IMG/VR virus record: IMGVR_UViG_3300029740_000003
Span: 18,145 to 82,144 of that record
Origin: a virus
Taxonomy: Duplodnaviria; Heunggongvirae; Uroviricota; Caudoviricetes
Length of the DNA: 64,000 nt
Strand: one strand, 5' to 3'
The translations under genes and the position numbers were made by a program. Position 1 is the first letter of the stretch. The number at the start of each line of letters is the position of its first letter. This document shows, one piece after another, positions 45,348 to 56,346 of the stretch. The notes beneath the pieces were generated by a model. The model did no database searches and was not told where the DNA came from. It saw only the letters and a program-made list of their open reading frames with translations.

Positions 45348-48008
45348 ATGGGTAATCCGAACTGGTATCAGATAACCAGAACGTTGCAACAGTTAGACCC
45401 GGACGAGCAACGTTCGAAAGTGGAGAGCATTCCCGCCGAACTGGATGGTTGCACCCTTCTCCTCATCAAGAAGGGCGAGGAGCCGGTCAAGGAATATATT
45501 TACGGCGACGGCGAGGGAATCGTCAACGCCGGACAGTTGGCTGGTTTTGACGCGAGACTGGTCGAAGGTGATGAGGAACCGGTGTTGCCGGATGGCGTGA
45601 ACAGTGCGGCGCATCCTCTCATCCCGTTCCGTGCCCGGTTGAACTCGAAAAGCAACATGGAGAAAATGCGGACGAACTATTCCGGCGTTCGTACAAGCAT
45701 CGAGAAGGTCATGCCGCCGGACAGTTATGTGAGCGTCACGCTTCGCAATCAGGGATACTTCGAGCAGATTCGTATTCGTAATTGGATTAGCGACGAATAC
45801 AATGCGGTCGAGGATTCAAGCGAACTTGCTTCGACCAACACGATGTGCGCCCGTGTGAGTTTCGGTTGCCGTCAGGTTTCGCGTAACCGACAGCTTGCGC
45901 AGAAGATTGGTCAAATCATCTGCCCGCTCATATCCAACATGTCCAGTCATGCGAGCCGTCCGAAATTCGGTTTGCTGTTCGTCAGCATGCTGTTGGAAGT
46001 GTTGTCCGTGATTTGGAGTGTGTGCGGTCTTGCAAGAGGATACGTGATGGATGGCGTGTTCCCATTGTTCCATTCCGCTTGGGGTTTCGGAATCGCGCTT
46101 CCACTGCTTGCGGTGACGTTGGTCGTGTTCCTGTTCCTCATGCTGTTGTCGTGCATTCCGTTCGTTTACATTCCGCGACCTCAGATTGCTGGTGGAGCGG
46201 TGGCGCTCATGCTTTACCTGCTGTTGGGGTTGCTTCCGCTTCCGACGTTCATTCCGATTCTTTTCGTTCCGCTTCTTGTCTTCGCGTTCATCCGTTGGAA
46301 GAATTGGACGTTGTGGGATGATATTTTCCAAACGCCACGCAGATATTATGCGATTGCGAACGACCGTGGCGCGAACGAGTCCGATAATCAGACCCGTCTT
46401 GGCGTGCGCACTCATAAGGAGCGCGTGTCGGCTTATGGTGCGCAACGTACCACGTTGATTCTTTCCCCGATTATCGTAAGTTCCGTGTTCACTCCGGTCA
46501 CTCAGGGAGTGGCGATGAAACAGGAGTTGCATCCGGTTCCGGAAGTATTGTCGCATGATGGCATCTTCCTTGGGAAGGATGATACGGGACGTAACTGTTA
46601 TCTCGACCCGTCGCAATTGTTCGGCGGTATCGCCATCAACGGCGAGGCCGGTTCCGGTAAGACCGTGCTCACCCATGGCATCAGCCAGTGGGCCATCAGC
46701 GCACGCGAGACCACCAGTCCGAAAATCTGGGGACGCGACTCCCGTATCATCCATTTTTGGATGAAGGATGATACCGGTGTTAACGTGTTGGAACGTTATC
46801 GCAAACGTCACGGTTTCACCAGTCCGCAACGCGTCGTCTATTTGGCAGACCCGAACAGTGTGTGCTTGGACATGCTTGGCATGAAGGACGGGAACAATGC
46901 GATGGAGACTGCGGCGAGCGTGGCGAAGACCATGCGTTACTCGTTCGATGACGGTGATATTCTGAACGACTCGCAGAACATCATCACCCAAGCGTTGACC
47001 ATCGGCGTGGCGGTTGACCGTTACGTGCAGGAGGAGCGTAAGCATAATCCCGAATCCGCGAACAAGGATTGGGAAAGCGAGATTGTGAAACGTTGCCATC
47101 AGCTCGAACAATCGTATCCGGGTGCGGAACAGTTGCGAATGCAGTTGAGTCCAATCGGATGGGCCGTCGTCGCATTATGCGGTTCCGACGGTCAGGCCGG
47201 TTCCGCGAAAGCGTTGGGTCATGTGTGCCGCGCGTTGAGCATGGAATTGAAGAGTGGCTACATGTTCGAGGAGATGACGTATGCCGCCCGTGCCGCCGAG
47301 CAATTATATGGCCGTCCGGACGCGGCTGGTCATACGGTTCGTTCCGACCGTGACATTCTCGCCAAGACGAACGCCTCGTTGAACAAGGTGAACCAGTTCC
47401 TTCCCATCGAACACATGTTCACGGCACGTCGCGGCAAGGTGACTTGGACGAACATTCTCGACCATGCTGGCGATTATCACATTGTGCTCGCACCGCATAA
47501 TGGTTATTCGTTGCCGGAACGTATGGATAAGATTCTCGGCGGCTGGCTCATGTACCGTTTCTGGAATACGGTGTTCGCGCATTGCAAGGATTGGGACAAG
47601 GCTGGCAAGTGGACGATGCTCGTATGCGACGAGTTGAGCCTGTTGGCTAACGGCAATGACGGTATCATGCCCGCGTTGCGTGAGCAGGGTCGTTCGTTCG
47701 GTCTTCTTCTCGTGTTCGCCACCCAGTATCCGACCCAGTTATCCGACGCGATGTTGGATTCGTTCATCGGCTATTCGACGTTCATCACATACAATACGAC
47801 GATTCCGCGTATTGCCGATATGACGGCGAAACGTTTGACGAACAATGATGGTGAGGATGGTTGGCGTTCGGGCGCGGTGATGAATCTTCCACGTTATGCG
47901 GCGGCTGTTCGCACTCGAACCCAAGAACAGTTGCAACCGACGTTCCTTGTTCATGTGAACGATTTCGATAACGGTTATCGCAATGGTGACATGGATGATG
48001 ATGACTAG
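45348..48008 (+). CDS. membrane-embedded FtsK/TraG-like P-loop ATPase (putative T4SS coupling protein)
   Basis: 886 aa; central block of 4-5 TM helices (aa about 200-330); Walker A INGEAGSGKTVLTHG, Walker B MLVCDELSLL. Confidence 0.55.
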   Translation: MGNPNWYQITRTLQQLDPDEQRSKVESIPAELDGCTLLLIKKGEEPVKEYIYGDGEGIVNAGQLAGFDARLVEGDEEPVLPDGVNSAAHPLIPFRARLNSKSNMEKMRTNYSGVRTSIEKVMPPDSYVSVTLRNQGYFEQIRIRNWISDEYNAVEDSSELASTNTMCARVSFGCRQVSRNRQLAQKIGQIICPLISNMSSHASRPKFGLLFVSMLLEVLSVIWSVCGLARGYVMDGVFPLFHSAWGFGIALPLLAVTLVVFLFLMLLSCIPFVYIPRPQIAGGAVALMLYLLLGLLPLPTFIPILFVPLLVFAFIRWKNWTLWDDIFQTPRRYYAIANDRGANESDNQTRLGVRTHKERVSAYGAQRTTLILSPIIVSSVFTPVTQGVAMKQELHPVPEVLSHDGIFLGKDDTGRNCYLDPSQLFGGIAINGEAGSGKTVLTHGISQWAISARETTSPKIWGRDSRIIHFWMKDDTGVNVLERYRKRHGFTSPQRVVYLADPNSVCLDMLGMKDGNNAMETAASVAKTMRYSFDDGDILNDSQNIITQALTIGVAVDRYVQEERKHNPESANKDWESEIVKRCHQLEQSYPGAEQLRMQLSPIGWAVVALCGSDGQAGSAKALGHVCRALSMELKSGYMFEEMTYAARAAEQLYGRPDAAGHTVRSDRDILAKTNASLNKVNQFLPIEHMFTARRGKVTWTNILDHAGDYHIVLAPHNGYSLPERMDKILGGWLMYRFWNTVFAHCKDWDKAGKWTMLVCDELSLLANGNDGIMPALREQGRSFGLLLVFATQYPTQLSDAMLDSFIGYSTFITYNTTIPRIADMTAKRLTNNDGEDGWRSGAVMNLPRYAAAVRTRTQEQLQPTFLVHVNDFDNGYRNGDMDDDD

Positions 48009-48040
48009 TTTTTAGCGTTCATCATATCGCTTTTCAGAAT

Positions 48041-48080
48041 CCGTTCGGAACTTTCAACTTCCGGACGGATTTTTTTAACC
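48041..48080 (+). terminator. rho-independent terminator
   Basis: ATCCGTTCGG-N12-CCGGACGGAT (1 mismatch) followed by TTTTTTT. Confidence 0.55.
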
Positions 48081-48174
48081 TAAAAACCTTGCTATGACTG
48101 GAAACAACCGCGTAGGTTGATAGGATGAAAAATGCAGGAGAGTTCCGTTTGGAAAACGAAAGGGAACTCAAAAA

Positions 48175-48519
48175 ATGGGTGGAACCATTACCTTGGCTGG
48201 AAGCAGCCTTGAGAGCACCTATCATAAGATGTTCGACACCATTTTGAGCAGTAGCGCGGGAACCGTGTTGACCAACATCGGTCTTGCCGCCGCAGTGCTT
48301 CTCGCATTCGGCCTTATCGTCGGTGGCATTTGCAAGGCGTTGGGACGTCAGAACAAAGTCGTGCAGATGTTCTGCCCGACCATCGGTCGTGTTCTCGTCG
48401 TCCTCGCAGTCGGATTCATTCTCGCTGGCCCGACCATCACCATTCCGGCAATTCTTAAGTTGATTGACTGGTTCGTTGACGCGTTTGGCAGCAGTGGAAA
48501 GACCTATCTGGGAATCTGA
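48175..48519 (+). CDS. small membrane protein (possible VirB2/TrbC-like pilin-type component)
   Basis: 114 aa; two hydrophobic helices separated by a short basic loop. Confidence 0.4.
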   Translation: MGGTITLAGSSLESTYHKMFDTILSSSAGTVLTNIGLAAAVLLAFGLIVGGICKALGRQNKVVQMFCPTIGRVLVVLAVGFILAGPTITIPAILKLIDWFVDAFGSSGKTYLGI

Positions 48520-48623
48520 CATCCGCAGAAGGAAACCGGAGTGGATATGCGAAGAGGACCTTTCCGGTTCTGTTCCCACTCCGGTTTTCTTTTAAGAACC
48601 TTACGTACGAAAAGAGTTGAATC

Positions 48624-49046
48624 ATGAGCGATGAGGAAGACGAAGGATACAAAGGTCCCTTGCATCCGAGGTTGACGATGGACGACATCACGGAAGTGTC
48701 CGGCCCGGAGGAAATCGAACGGAAGAACACGTTCCAGATAACCAAGAACACTGAGGCCCGTTCCAAAACCGTGTTCTCCGTTATCGTCGGCGCATTGGCG
48801 GGCTTGGCTCTTTGCCTCATATTCGCCCCGTTGCTCGGATACATGTTCAGCTCGTTCTTCGTACTGTTGGGCGGAATACTGGCTCCGTTCTTCGCAGTCG
48901 GCACCATTAGAGACCGCACCCAACAGACACGGTGGAAGAGAACCTTGCAGGATATGAAGAGCCGCAAGATTGAAGGGCAGGTCTTCTACCCGAATTCCAC
49001 TCAGCCGGAAAACATTATCGACCTTCAAGAAATGGAAATCCGTTGA
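48624..49046 (+). CDS. membrane protein (possible VirB3-like)
   Basis: 140 aa; acidic N-terminus then two TM helices; overlaps the next gene by 4 nt. Confidence 0.4.
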   Translation: MSDEEDEGYKGPLHPRLTMDDITEVSGPEEIERKNTFQITKNTEARSKTVFSVIVGALAGLALCLIFAPLLGYMFSSFFVLLGGILAPFFAVGTIRDRTQQTRWKRTLQDMKSRKIEGQVFYPNSTQPENIIDLQEMEIR

Positions 49047-52000
49047 ATACAAAATATCGAGACCCAGTGAAACGGGCGGGTAGAAGGAACCTGCTCGTCA
49101 TTCTGATGTTGTGCGTGGTCATGACATTGTTCGTCTTGCCGTCCAGCGTGTTCGCCGCACAGGTCAACGATTCGACCACGACGATAACATGCGCCAACGG
49201 TGGAACTGACAGTGCTACATCAGACATCTCTAGTTGTCTTCCTTCCGGACGTTGGGGAAACTACGTTGGGGAAATCACTTCGCGTACGGAACCGTACAGT
49301 GGCAGCGATGTCGCCGGTTGGTTCTCGAACGTCAAGCAGACCATCAGCTCGCAGACCCATATCGTCCTTCCCAACATTCTGATGCAGTTGACTCAGGTCT
49401 GCTGGTCTTCCGCATTGTCCATCAGCCAGTTCGCCGCTTCGTTCGAGCCAATGAAACAGGCTGGTGCGAACATCGACTCCGCAGTGTCCACCATGGTGAC
49501 AAGTCTGATGGACGGCGGCATCCCCGCCACCATCGCAGTGCTCGGCATCGTGGCTTGGGTTGGCGCGGCTGGATTCCAAATCGGCACCGTCAAAGAGGCG
49601 AGCAAACGAATCGTCATCATGGTTCTCTGCTTCGCTTCAATCACGATGCTTGGAGCTGGAGCGGCCAAGACCGGGAAGAACGCCACAGAACCGGCGACCG
49701 GAAGCCCATGGTGGGTCGTGCAGACAATCAACAACACCATCAACAAGCTTTCGGTCAACCTCGACCTTGACGGTATGGCCGACAGTGATAAAAACATGAT
49801 GTCCTACCATCATGCGGCGAACGGTGCGAAAACCAATTGTCAGGATTACCTGTACTTCATGCATCAGGCATATGACGAACAGGCGAAGTCCAACGGCAAT
49901 CAGGATACAAGCAACGTCACCAAGGCCATCAACCGTATTTGGGAGGAGACCTCCCTTCGCTCGTTCGTGACCATGCAGTACGGAAACCCGCAGACCACCG
50001 GAACATCCTCGTTCCGTATCGCGGAAAACGCCCGGCAAGGTTACTGCCACGTGTTGGAGATGAAAGCCAACACGAACACGACCATCCAGAAGGATTTGAC
50101 CAACAAGGCCATGGCGTTGCACATCAGCGACCAGCGAGCCAAATGGCTGTTCTCCGTGGACGGTTGGGTAGACCCGCGTAATCCTTACTTCACCGACAAG
50201 CCGTTGGAAAGGGAGAACGCGACATATCTCAGCCGTGCGGGCGTGTTCTGGGAAACCTGTGGCACGAAACGCAATCAGGAAATCTACGCGCGAGCCGGAT
50301 GGGCGACACTCATCAACAATCTCGGTGACACAGGAACCAAGAACATCAAGAACGGCAGTACGAAAGTACGCGTCAAAATTGACGACTTGGACAATGTGAA
50401 ACCGACCAACGGTGGCAAAGGCGTGATGGACGCGAAACAGAACGGCAGCGAAGACGAAACCATCCAACAGACCACTTCGGTCTGCCAGACGATTCTCAAA
50501 CAGGGTTCCGTAATCTTCTCCCGTTCCACCGATATCAACAAGGAGGATGACGGAACATATAAAGACCAGCAGAACGACACCAACTGGGGCGACTCCGCCA
50601 CGGTCGGATGGCGTTTCGACGTGCCGAACGTTTCCGGAACTTGGAGTGAGGCGAATCTTCGTGACGCTCAGGATGATTCCACGGTCACGGGCGGTGCGAA
50701 GAAAACCATCGACTACATGTATGGCAACAACAACGTCGATACGTTGGGTGCTTGCGGAACACTTATCGGAGGCATCGTCAATCTCGTGGTCTGGGGATTG
50801 TTGAGCCTTGTTCTAATACTGACGAAGCTCATGCTGATAATGATGGCGTTGTTCCTCGTGGTCACGTTCCTTGTCCAAGCGTTCCCGATTGGCGAGAAGC
50901 CGAAGACGGCGTTGAAGAACTGGGCGACGTACACCTGCCAGTTGAGTATGGTAGGAGCGTTGTACGGTGCGCTCGGCGCTCTCGCAACATTCATTTGTGG
51001 CCTGACGTTGAAGTTCACCTCTGCCAGCAGTGGTTCGTTCACCTACCAGTTGATTGCGGGATTGAGTCCGGTGTTGGCTCTCGCCGCAATCGGCATGTTC
51101 TGTTCGAAAGTGTTGAAGTGTGGTAATCCGTTCAGCGTCAACGCTCTCATGGGAATGGCGGGTGGAACCGCAATGGCGTCCGGTCTTCGCAAGGGAATGC
51201 ACATGATTGGACAGTACCGTATGATTCGCGCCATGCGTGGCGGATTCCGTCGTGGCGGCAATGGTGTCGGACGTTTGTCCACGAACGGTACCGGCGCTGG
51301 CATGGCCCATAACGGAGCACGTCAAAGCGCGACCGTCCTGAGCAAGATGAGCCGCGCGCAACAGGATTCGTTGAGTCAGGGCGATAGGAATCTGATGAAT
51401 CGTAACGCCAAGGAGTTCGAGGCGATTCAGACGCGTGGACGCGGAAGCAAGAACTGGGCACGAATGGACAAGAGCACGGTGAGAGGAAGTCTTGCCGGTA
51501 CGAAACTCCATTTTGAGGATTCCACGGGCAAGTTCAAGGAACGGTTGAACGAAGCCGTTTCCAAGTTCCATGGAGAGGACAATACGGAGGCGTTCGCCCA
51601 TAGTATCGCTCAACGTCACCCGGGCATGTCCCTCAACGATGTGCAACGCAAAGCACAAAGGATGAACCATCTGAACAATGCCGGACGCAAACTTCAAGGC
51701 GCGGCAAGAGTCGCCGGAGCCGGAGCCGCAATGGCCGGTGCCGGTCTCGCTTTCGCCGCACGAGCCGCGAAGAGCGCTCCTTTGCGTAACGTAGCCGCAC
51801 GCGGAGCGAAGGTCGCCGCGAAAGCCGCTGTCGCAGGAGCTTTGTTCTCCAATCCGATTACCGCACCGTTGGGATTGATTGCCGCAGGAAAGCTAGCTAC
51901 CGACCGTAACCTCCATCATGGCCTAGCGGTGGGTGCGGGAGCCGCGATGGACAAAATCCGCGACATCAGGAACGCTGCTCCCGGCAGTATGAGGAAACGC

Positions 52001-53074
52001 GACCAGTGGCGTCGCGACGTGTTGGGCATGGCTAATGGTGACGCTCCGTTGTCGTCTCCGTTCTCCGGCACCGGTAACGGTGGTTCCGCCGATGGTGACA
52101 GTCCTATGCCTTCCCCGACGGCTCCGACTCCGAATGCCCCGACCCAAACCGGTGGTGCCGGTGGCGCGTCGCCTATTCCGACTGACGGTCAGACCGAGAC
52201 GATTCCGACTGACGGTCAGACGGAAACGATTCCGGTGGACACTCCAACTGAATCGGTTCCAGCCGACGCTCAAGGACAGGCTCCGGTGTTGACCGAACAG
52301 TCCGCGTTCAATCAGGTTCGTGAGGGAATGATGGCCGACTTCGTGGATAACCAGCACATGTCCCAAGAAGAAGCGGAACAAGCGTTCCAAGAGGCCGTCT
52401 CCTCCGGTGAAGTCGATAATTCCGTCCAAGCGTACATGCGCCAGAACAATCAATCTCCTAATGAGAATGCGACAGCTCAACCCGAAACGAACGCCAACCA
52501 GCCGGTGTACAACACTGAGACAGGTGAGATTGTTGGTGAGACCCTACCCTCCGGAACGATGGACGCCGCCGTGTCCTCCGCCTCCACTTGGCAGAAGGCA
52601 ACCGACAATGCGACTCCGATGCCTGAATCGGTGAACAATTCACTGCAACAGGCGTACATGCGCGAGAATCCGGTGCAACAGTCTCCGGAGGAGCATTTGC
52701 GGATGGCTCAGGAGGAATGGACCGCGACGACCGGACTGCCGGGGTCTACGATGCCGTCGGGTGCCGAACGGGCTATGAACCCGAATGGAATTCAGCCGAG
52801 TAGAAAATTCACGGTGGATTCCGGGCAGACGCAACAGCAGGGTTCGGTACAGGCGCAAGCTCCGCGACAGCAGTCTCAACCGCAGCCACAAGCTCAGGTA
52901 AGACAACAGCCGTCGGTTCGAATGCAACCGCCAACCACACCTTCCCCGACCGTCAAACAGCCGGTGGACGCCAACCCGTCAAACCTGACAGGTTTCCCCT
53001 CCGTAGGCAATCTTCGTATGAAGAAACCGCCGACCGGAGGACAGCCGACACCCAAACCGCCGTTCATGAAGTGA
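49043..53074 (+). CDS. VirB6/TrbL/TcpH-like polytopic T4SS channel protein with large extracellular N-domain and Pro/Gln-rich repetitive C-terminal tail
   Basis: 1343 aa; signal peptide ...VFAAQ; cluster of 6 or more TM helices at aa about 560-700; C-terminal repeats IPTDGQTETIPTDGQTETIPVDTPTESVP. Confidence 0.6.
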   Translation: MNTKYRDPVKRAGRRNLLVILMLCVVMTLFVLPSSVFAAQVNDSTTTITCANGGTDSATSDISSCLPSGRWGNYVGEITSRTEPYSGSDVAGWFSNVKQTISSQTHIVLPNILMQLTQVCWSSALSISQFAASFEPMKQAGANIDSAVSTMVTSLMDGGIPATIAVLGIVAWVGAAGFQIGTVKEASKRIVIMVLCFASITMLGAGAAKTGKNATEPATGSPWWVVQTINNTINKLSVNLDLDGMADSDKNMMSYHHAANGAKTNCQDYLYFMHQAYDEQAKSNGNQDTSNVTKAINRIWEETSLRSFVTMQYGNPQTTGTSSFRIAENARQGYCHVLEMKANTNTTIQKDLTNKAMALHISDQRAKWLFSVDGWVDPRNPYFTDKPLERENATYLSRAGVFWETCGTKRNQEIYARAGWATLINNLGDTGTKNIKNGSTKVRVKIDDLDNVKPTNGGKGVMDAKQNGSEDETIQQTTSVCQTILKQGSVIFSRSTDINKEDDGTYKDQQNDTNWGDSATVGWRFDVPNVSGTWSEANLRDAQDDSTVTGGAKKTIDYMYGNNNVDTLGACGTLIGGIVNLVVWGLLSLVLILTKLMLIMMALFLVVTFLVQAFPIGEKPKTALKNWATYTCQLSMVGALYGALGALATFICGLTLKFTSASSGSFTYQLIAGLSPVLALAAIGMFCSKVLKCGNPFSVNALMGMAGGTAMASGLRKGMHMIGQYRMIRAMRGGFRRGGNGVGRLSTNGTGAGMAHNGARQSATVLSKMSRAQQDSLSQGDRNLMNRNAKEFEAIQTRGRGSKNWARMDKSTVRGSLAGTKLHFEDSTGKFKERLNEAVSKFHGEDNTEAFAHSIAQRHPGMSLNDVQRKAQRMNHLNNAGRKLQGAARVAGAGAAMAGAGLAFAARAAKSAPLRNVAARGAKVAAKAAVAGALFSNPITAPLGLIAAGKLATDRNLHHGLAVGAGAAMDKIRDIRNAAPGSMRKRDQWRRDVLGMANGDAPLSSPFSGTGNGGSADGDSPMPSPTAPTPNAPTQTGGAGGASPIPTDGQTETIPTDGQTETIPVDTPTESVPADAQGQAPVLTEQSAFNQVREGMMADFVDNQHMSQEEAEQAFQEAVSSGEVDNSVQAYMRQNNQSPNENATAQPETNANQPVYNTETGEIVGETLPSGTMDAAVSSASTWQKATDNATPMPESVNNSLQQAYMRENPVQQSPEEHLRMAQEEWTATTGLPGSTMPSGAERAMNPNGIQPSRKFTVDSGQTQQQGSVQAQAPRQQSQPQPQAQVRQQPSVRMQPPTTPSPTVKQPVDANPSNLTGFPSVGNLRMKKPPTGGQPTPKPPFMK

Positions 53075-53177
53075 CGTCGGTTTGACCATCCGGCGTCGAA
53101 TGTTTTAATCATCTTCCACAGCATTCGACGCCGGTTTCCCTTTCGAAAAACCTTCCAACGTCAAGGAGATTAGAAAA

Positions 53178-53531
53178 ATGGAAGAGGTAGGAAACCAAGC
53201 CGCTGACACTGCGGGACGAACGTTGGGTGACGTGCTCACTGTGTTCTTCTCTTGGGTGTTCACGCCGACGGGCGCAATCCTCACTTTGTTGATGATTATT
53301 ATTTGCGCCGGTAGTGTCGTGTTCGCCATCTTGCAGAAAAGCACCCGCGCGTTGATGACCGCGTTGACCATCTGCGCGTTCCTGTTGTTCGTGTGGATTA
53401 TCACCGGTGTCTTGGAGGTCATGGGTTTGCCCGTGCGTGAATGGATGAAGGATATCGCGGCCCAGATGCCTGATATCGGTTCACTGTTCATGGAGTTCCT
53501 TCGCAAACTGGTGTTCACTGCTACCGAGTAA
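53178..53531 (+). CDS. small membrane protein
   Basis: 117 aa, 3 hydrophobic helices. Confidence 0.45.
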   Translation: MEEVGNQAADTAGRTLGDVLTVFFSWVFTPTGAILTLLMIIICAGSVVFAILQKSTRALMTALTICAFLLFVWIITGVLEVMGLPVREWMKDIAAQMPDIGSLFMEFLRKLVFTATE

Positions 53532-53750
53532 AAACGAAAGAAAGCCGTATCCGTTTCATCGCGGACGCGGCTTTCTGTTTTTCTGTTCCGCCTGTAAACC
53601 TGTACGCCGTTCCATTGTTTTACTGGAATGTTTCTCCGAACGGTTTTCCAGTTCGGCGTGCCGACTTTTCGCCGTTGTTATCATCGAAACAAAAAACATA
53701 CCCCCACCATGATTCCGTCCACACCGGAAGCAGAAAAAGGAAACCAGAAC

Positions 53751-54413
53751 ATGAGAGTCAAAAACCATACGGTCATCATCACCGTCGCAATCATCAAAGG
53801 CGGTTCAGGAAAAACAACCACATCAATGGCATTGGCCGAACTATTGCACAAACGCGGGGAACAAGTCACAGTCTTGGACTCCGACAACACGGGCGGCGCG
53901 ACCATGTGGGAAATGTACGTCGAACAGGAAAACCGCAGACGCAGACAGGACAATCCGGACGCGAAACCATACACGCTCGGCTTCCCCGTCGTGCAAACCA
54001 ACGAAGCCGTATTGAACAATCCGGAACTCATCCGCGAAAAATATTCAGGCTGGGTCATCATCGACACCCCACCGTCCGACGCGGGAGTGGTACAGGCGGC
54101 GATAAACGCGGGCGACGTGGTGATAATCCCATGCCAGCCATCCGTATCCGATTTGACCCACGCGGGACGCACATACGCGGCGGCACGCAACGGCATCGTC
54201 CTGTTGACACGCGTGAAGCCGAGAACGAAACTCGCCCGGAACAGCATCAGCGAACTGGATGAGGAAGGCATCGCACGGTTCGAAACCGTCATCACGGAAC
54301 GTGAAGCCGTCAAGAACATGTACGGCACAACCGAAATCGACAACAAGGAATATTCCAGCGTCGTGCAGGAACTCATCGACTATCTGTCTGAAATCAATCT
54401 GGTGGAAGAATAA
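53751..54413 (+). CDS. parA: ParA-family partition ATPase
   Basis: start at ATG 53751 (MRVKNHTVIITVAIIKGGSGKTTT); deviant Walker A KGGSGKTT, Walker B WVIIDTPP. Confidence 0.8.
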   Translation: MRVKNHTVIITVAIIKGGSGKTTTSMALAELLHKRGEQVTVLDSDNTGGATMWEMYVEQENRRRRQDNPDAKPYTLGFPVVQTNEAVLNNPELIREKYSGWVIIDTPPSDAGVVQAAINAGDVVIIPCQPSVSDLTHAGRTYAAARNGIVLLTRVKPRTKLARNSISELDEEGIARFETVITEREAVKNMYGTTEIDNKEYSSVVQELIDYLSEINLVEE

Positions 54414-54443
54414 AAACAGGAGCAGGGGAGTAAGTAGGCAATC

Positions 54444-54899
54444 ATGGTCAAGAACATCAAACGCAACGCTTTCGCAACCGGAATGCAGGACAAGCGTGAC
54501 ATGCGCCCATTGGAATCACCGGAAAACATTAGCGAACCGAACACGGAGCAGGAACCGACACAGGCCGTTCCTGAAACGCGGGAACCGTCAGACCAGTCAG
54601 TCCAAACGTCCGCCGACATGCATGCCCAAACGCTCACGGAGGAAGAAGCCGACCGTCGGGCACGGCTCATCACCGACATAACCCATCCTGAAACATCGGC
54701 ACCATCCGAAACGCATCAGCCGCCGAAAGAGAAAAGAATCGGCAGCAACGTCACCGTCGAAAACTGGCGTGCGTGGAAGATGAGAAGCATCGAATACGGG
54801 ACGAAGCAGGCTGTATTGTTGAATGCCGCGATGGATTACTGCTTCCAGCAGGGGCACTTCGACCAGACGCTCATCGACAAGTACGAGCAGAAGGATTAG
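54444..54899 (+). CDS. small partition-associated protein (ParG/ParB-like, putative centromere-binding)
   Basis: 151 aa directly after parA; disordered acidic N-terminus with a short C-terminal folded region. Confidence 0.4.
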   Translation: MVKNIKRNAFATGMQDKRDMRPLESPENISEPNTEQEPTQAVPETREPSDQSVQTSADMHAQTLTEEEADRRARLITDITHPETSAPSETHQPPKEKRIGSNVTVENWRAWKMRSIEYGTKQAVLLNAAMDYCFQQGHFDQTLIDKYEQKD

Positions 54900-54944
54900 G
54901 CTCCGGTATACTGATATTCGGATGAACAAAAAGACTCCCAGAGT

Positions 54945-54995
54945 CTTCCAGATGGGGCGGCGCTCATATTAGAGCGTACGCCCCATTGGTTTTTC
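54945..54995 (+). terminator. rho-independent terminator after the par operon
   Basis: ATGGGGCG-N17-CGCCCCAT followed by TGGTTTTTCT. Confidence 0.5.
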
Positions 54996-55148
54996 TAACG
55001 CGGGAAGATTTTTTTGTTTCCGCAGTAAAAAGGTTCTTTACATATATGCTGAGGTGGTTATGGTGTAGGCTTGCCGATAGAAAAGCAAAAGCCCCGCGCT
55101 GGTGGAACAGCCGGGGCAGGGCAACCAGAGGCTTAAGGAAAGTGGTTA

Positions 55149-56091
55149 CATGGGTAATTCTATCAGACCTATCGACAGTGACAGTTATCGGTATGCTCCC
55201 TCCGTGATGTCCCAGCTCAGTTTCTTTCCCGCACGCAAACCTGACGTGAATTACATCAAGAAGACCAACGGGCGTTCCGCAATCATCATCACTCCGACTG
55301 AAGGTAAGTGGTCGTATGGTTCTGTGCCCCGATTGTTTCTTCTTTACATTCGTACTTTGATTAAAAACAAAGACTCTCGGGTCGATTTCGAAAGCATGAC
55401 TGTGAACCTTGGAGGAAGCTATCGTGCCATGTGTGAAGCGATGGGTGCTTCCACTGGTGGGAAAAGCAAACGTCTTCTCCTTGAGTCAATCAAGAATCTT
55501 GCTTGCACCCATATAACATTGGAACATTGGGTTTCGGATGATAGCGGCATGTATGAGAGTTTCCCGGTAGCGCAGAAAGTATGCATTGATTTTGGCGGCG
55601 AGGATAAGGAATCCTATATTACGTTCTCCTCTCAAATGTGGTCTCTGCTAATAGAGGAAGCCGTTCCTGCTCAAATGTCCATTATCAGGAACATATCTAA
55701 TTCTGCACTCGCTTTGGATATTTACATGTGGTTGGCTTTCCGAACAAATAAGTTACGCTCGTGCGGAATGAAAGTCCCGTGGAAAGACCTAACCGTTCAG
55801 TTCGAGGACGGCGACTATCCGGTCAAAGAATTCAAAAGACGATTCACGACAGCCTTGAACAAAGTCAAGGAATCATGGCCTGAATTGAAGGCAAGTCTTG
55901 ATGAATATGGCATAACCGTCTATCCGAGCATTTCGTCCATTCATTCCAACGGCAAGATTGTGGACGCTGTTGTTGTGAAAGAAGAATCGGGTTCCTGCGA
56001 CGGACATGTAATCAAAGCGGATGTCTCATGCAATTCGGGACAAAATGATTCATCGACAGATGATATAAGGAATGCCGCTAATCCTTTTTGA
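55149..56091 (+). CDS. plasmid replication initiator RepA-like protein (paralog 3 of 3; the copy associated with iterons)
   Basis: start at ATG 55149 (MGNSIRPID) with RBS AAGGAAAG; shares motif blocks with 119-1009; immediately followed by iterons and an AT-rich element. Confidence 0.6.
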
Positions 56092-56241
56092 CGGAAGCGT
56101 GGGCGATAGTAGGAATGGAAGAAATGGTTCCACTTCTTCCGACTTTCTGTGTCGAAAGTTCCAATTCGAGAAAATGCCATTTAAAAAAGGCTTCAAATAT
56201 TTTGATTTTTTATTCACGGCATGTATTTTTGCATATTTTCT

Positions 56242-56304
56242 AGTGTGGACTTTTCCCACCAAAGTGTGGACTTTTCCCACCAAAGTGTGGACTTTTCCCA
56301 CCAA
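56242..56304 (+). repeat. iterons: 3 perfect tandem copies of the 21-bp unit AGTGTGGACTTTTCCCACCAA
   Basis: 56242-56262, 56263-56283, 56284-56304; 150 nt downstream of the repA stop. Confidence 0.8.
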
Positions 56305-56346
56305 AAAGTGCCCTCAGTCCTACTGCCACAAGGGGTTTCAGCGCCG

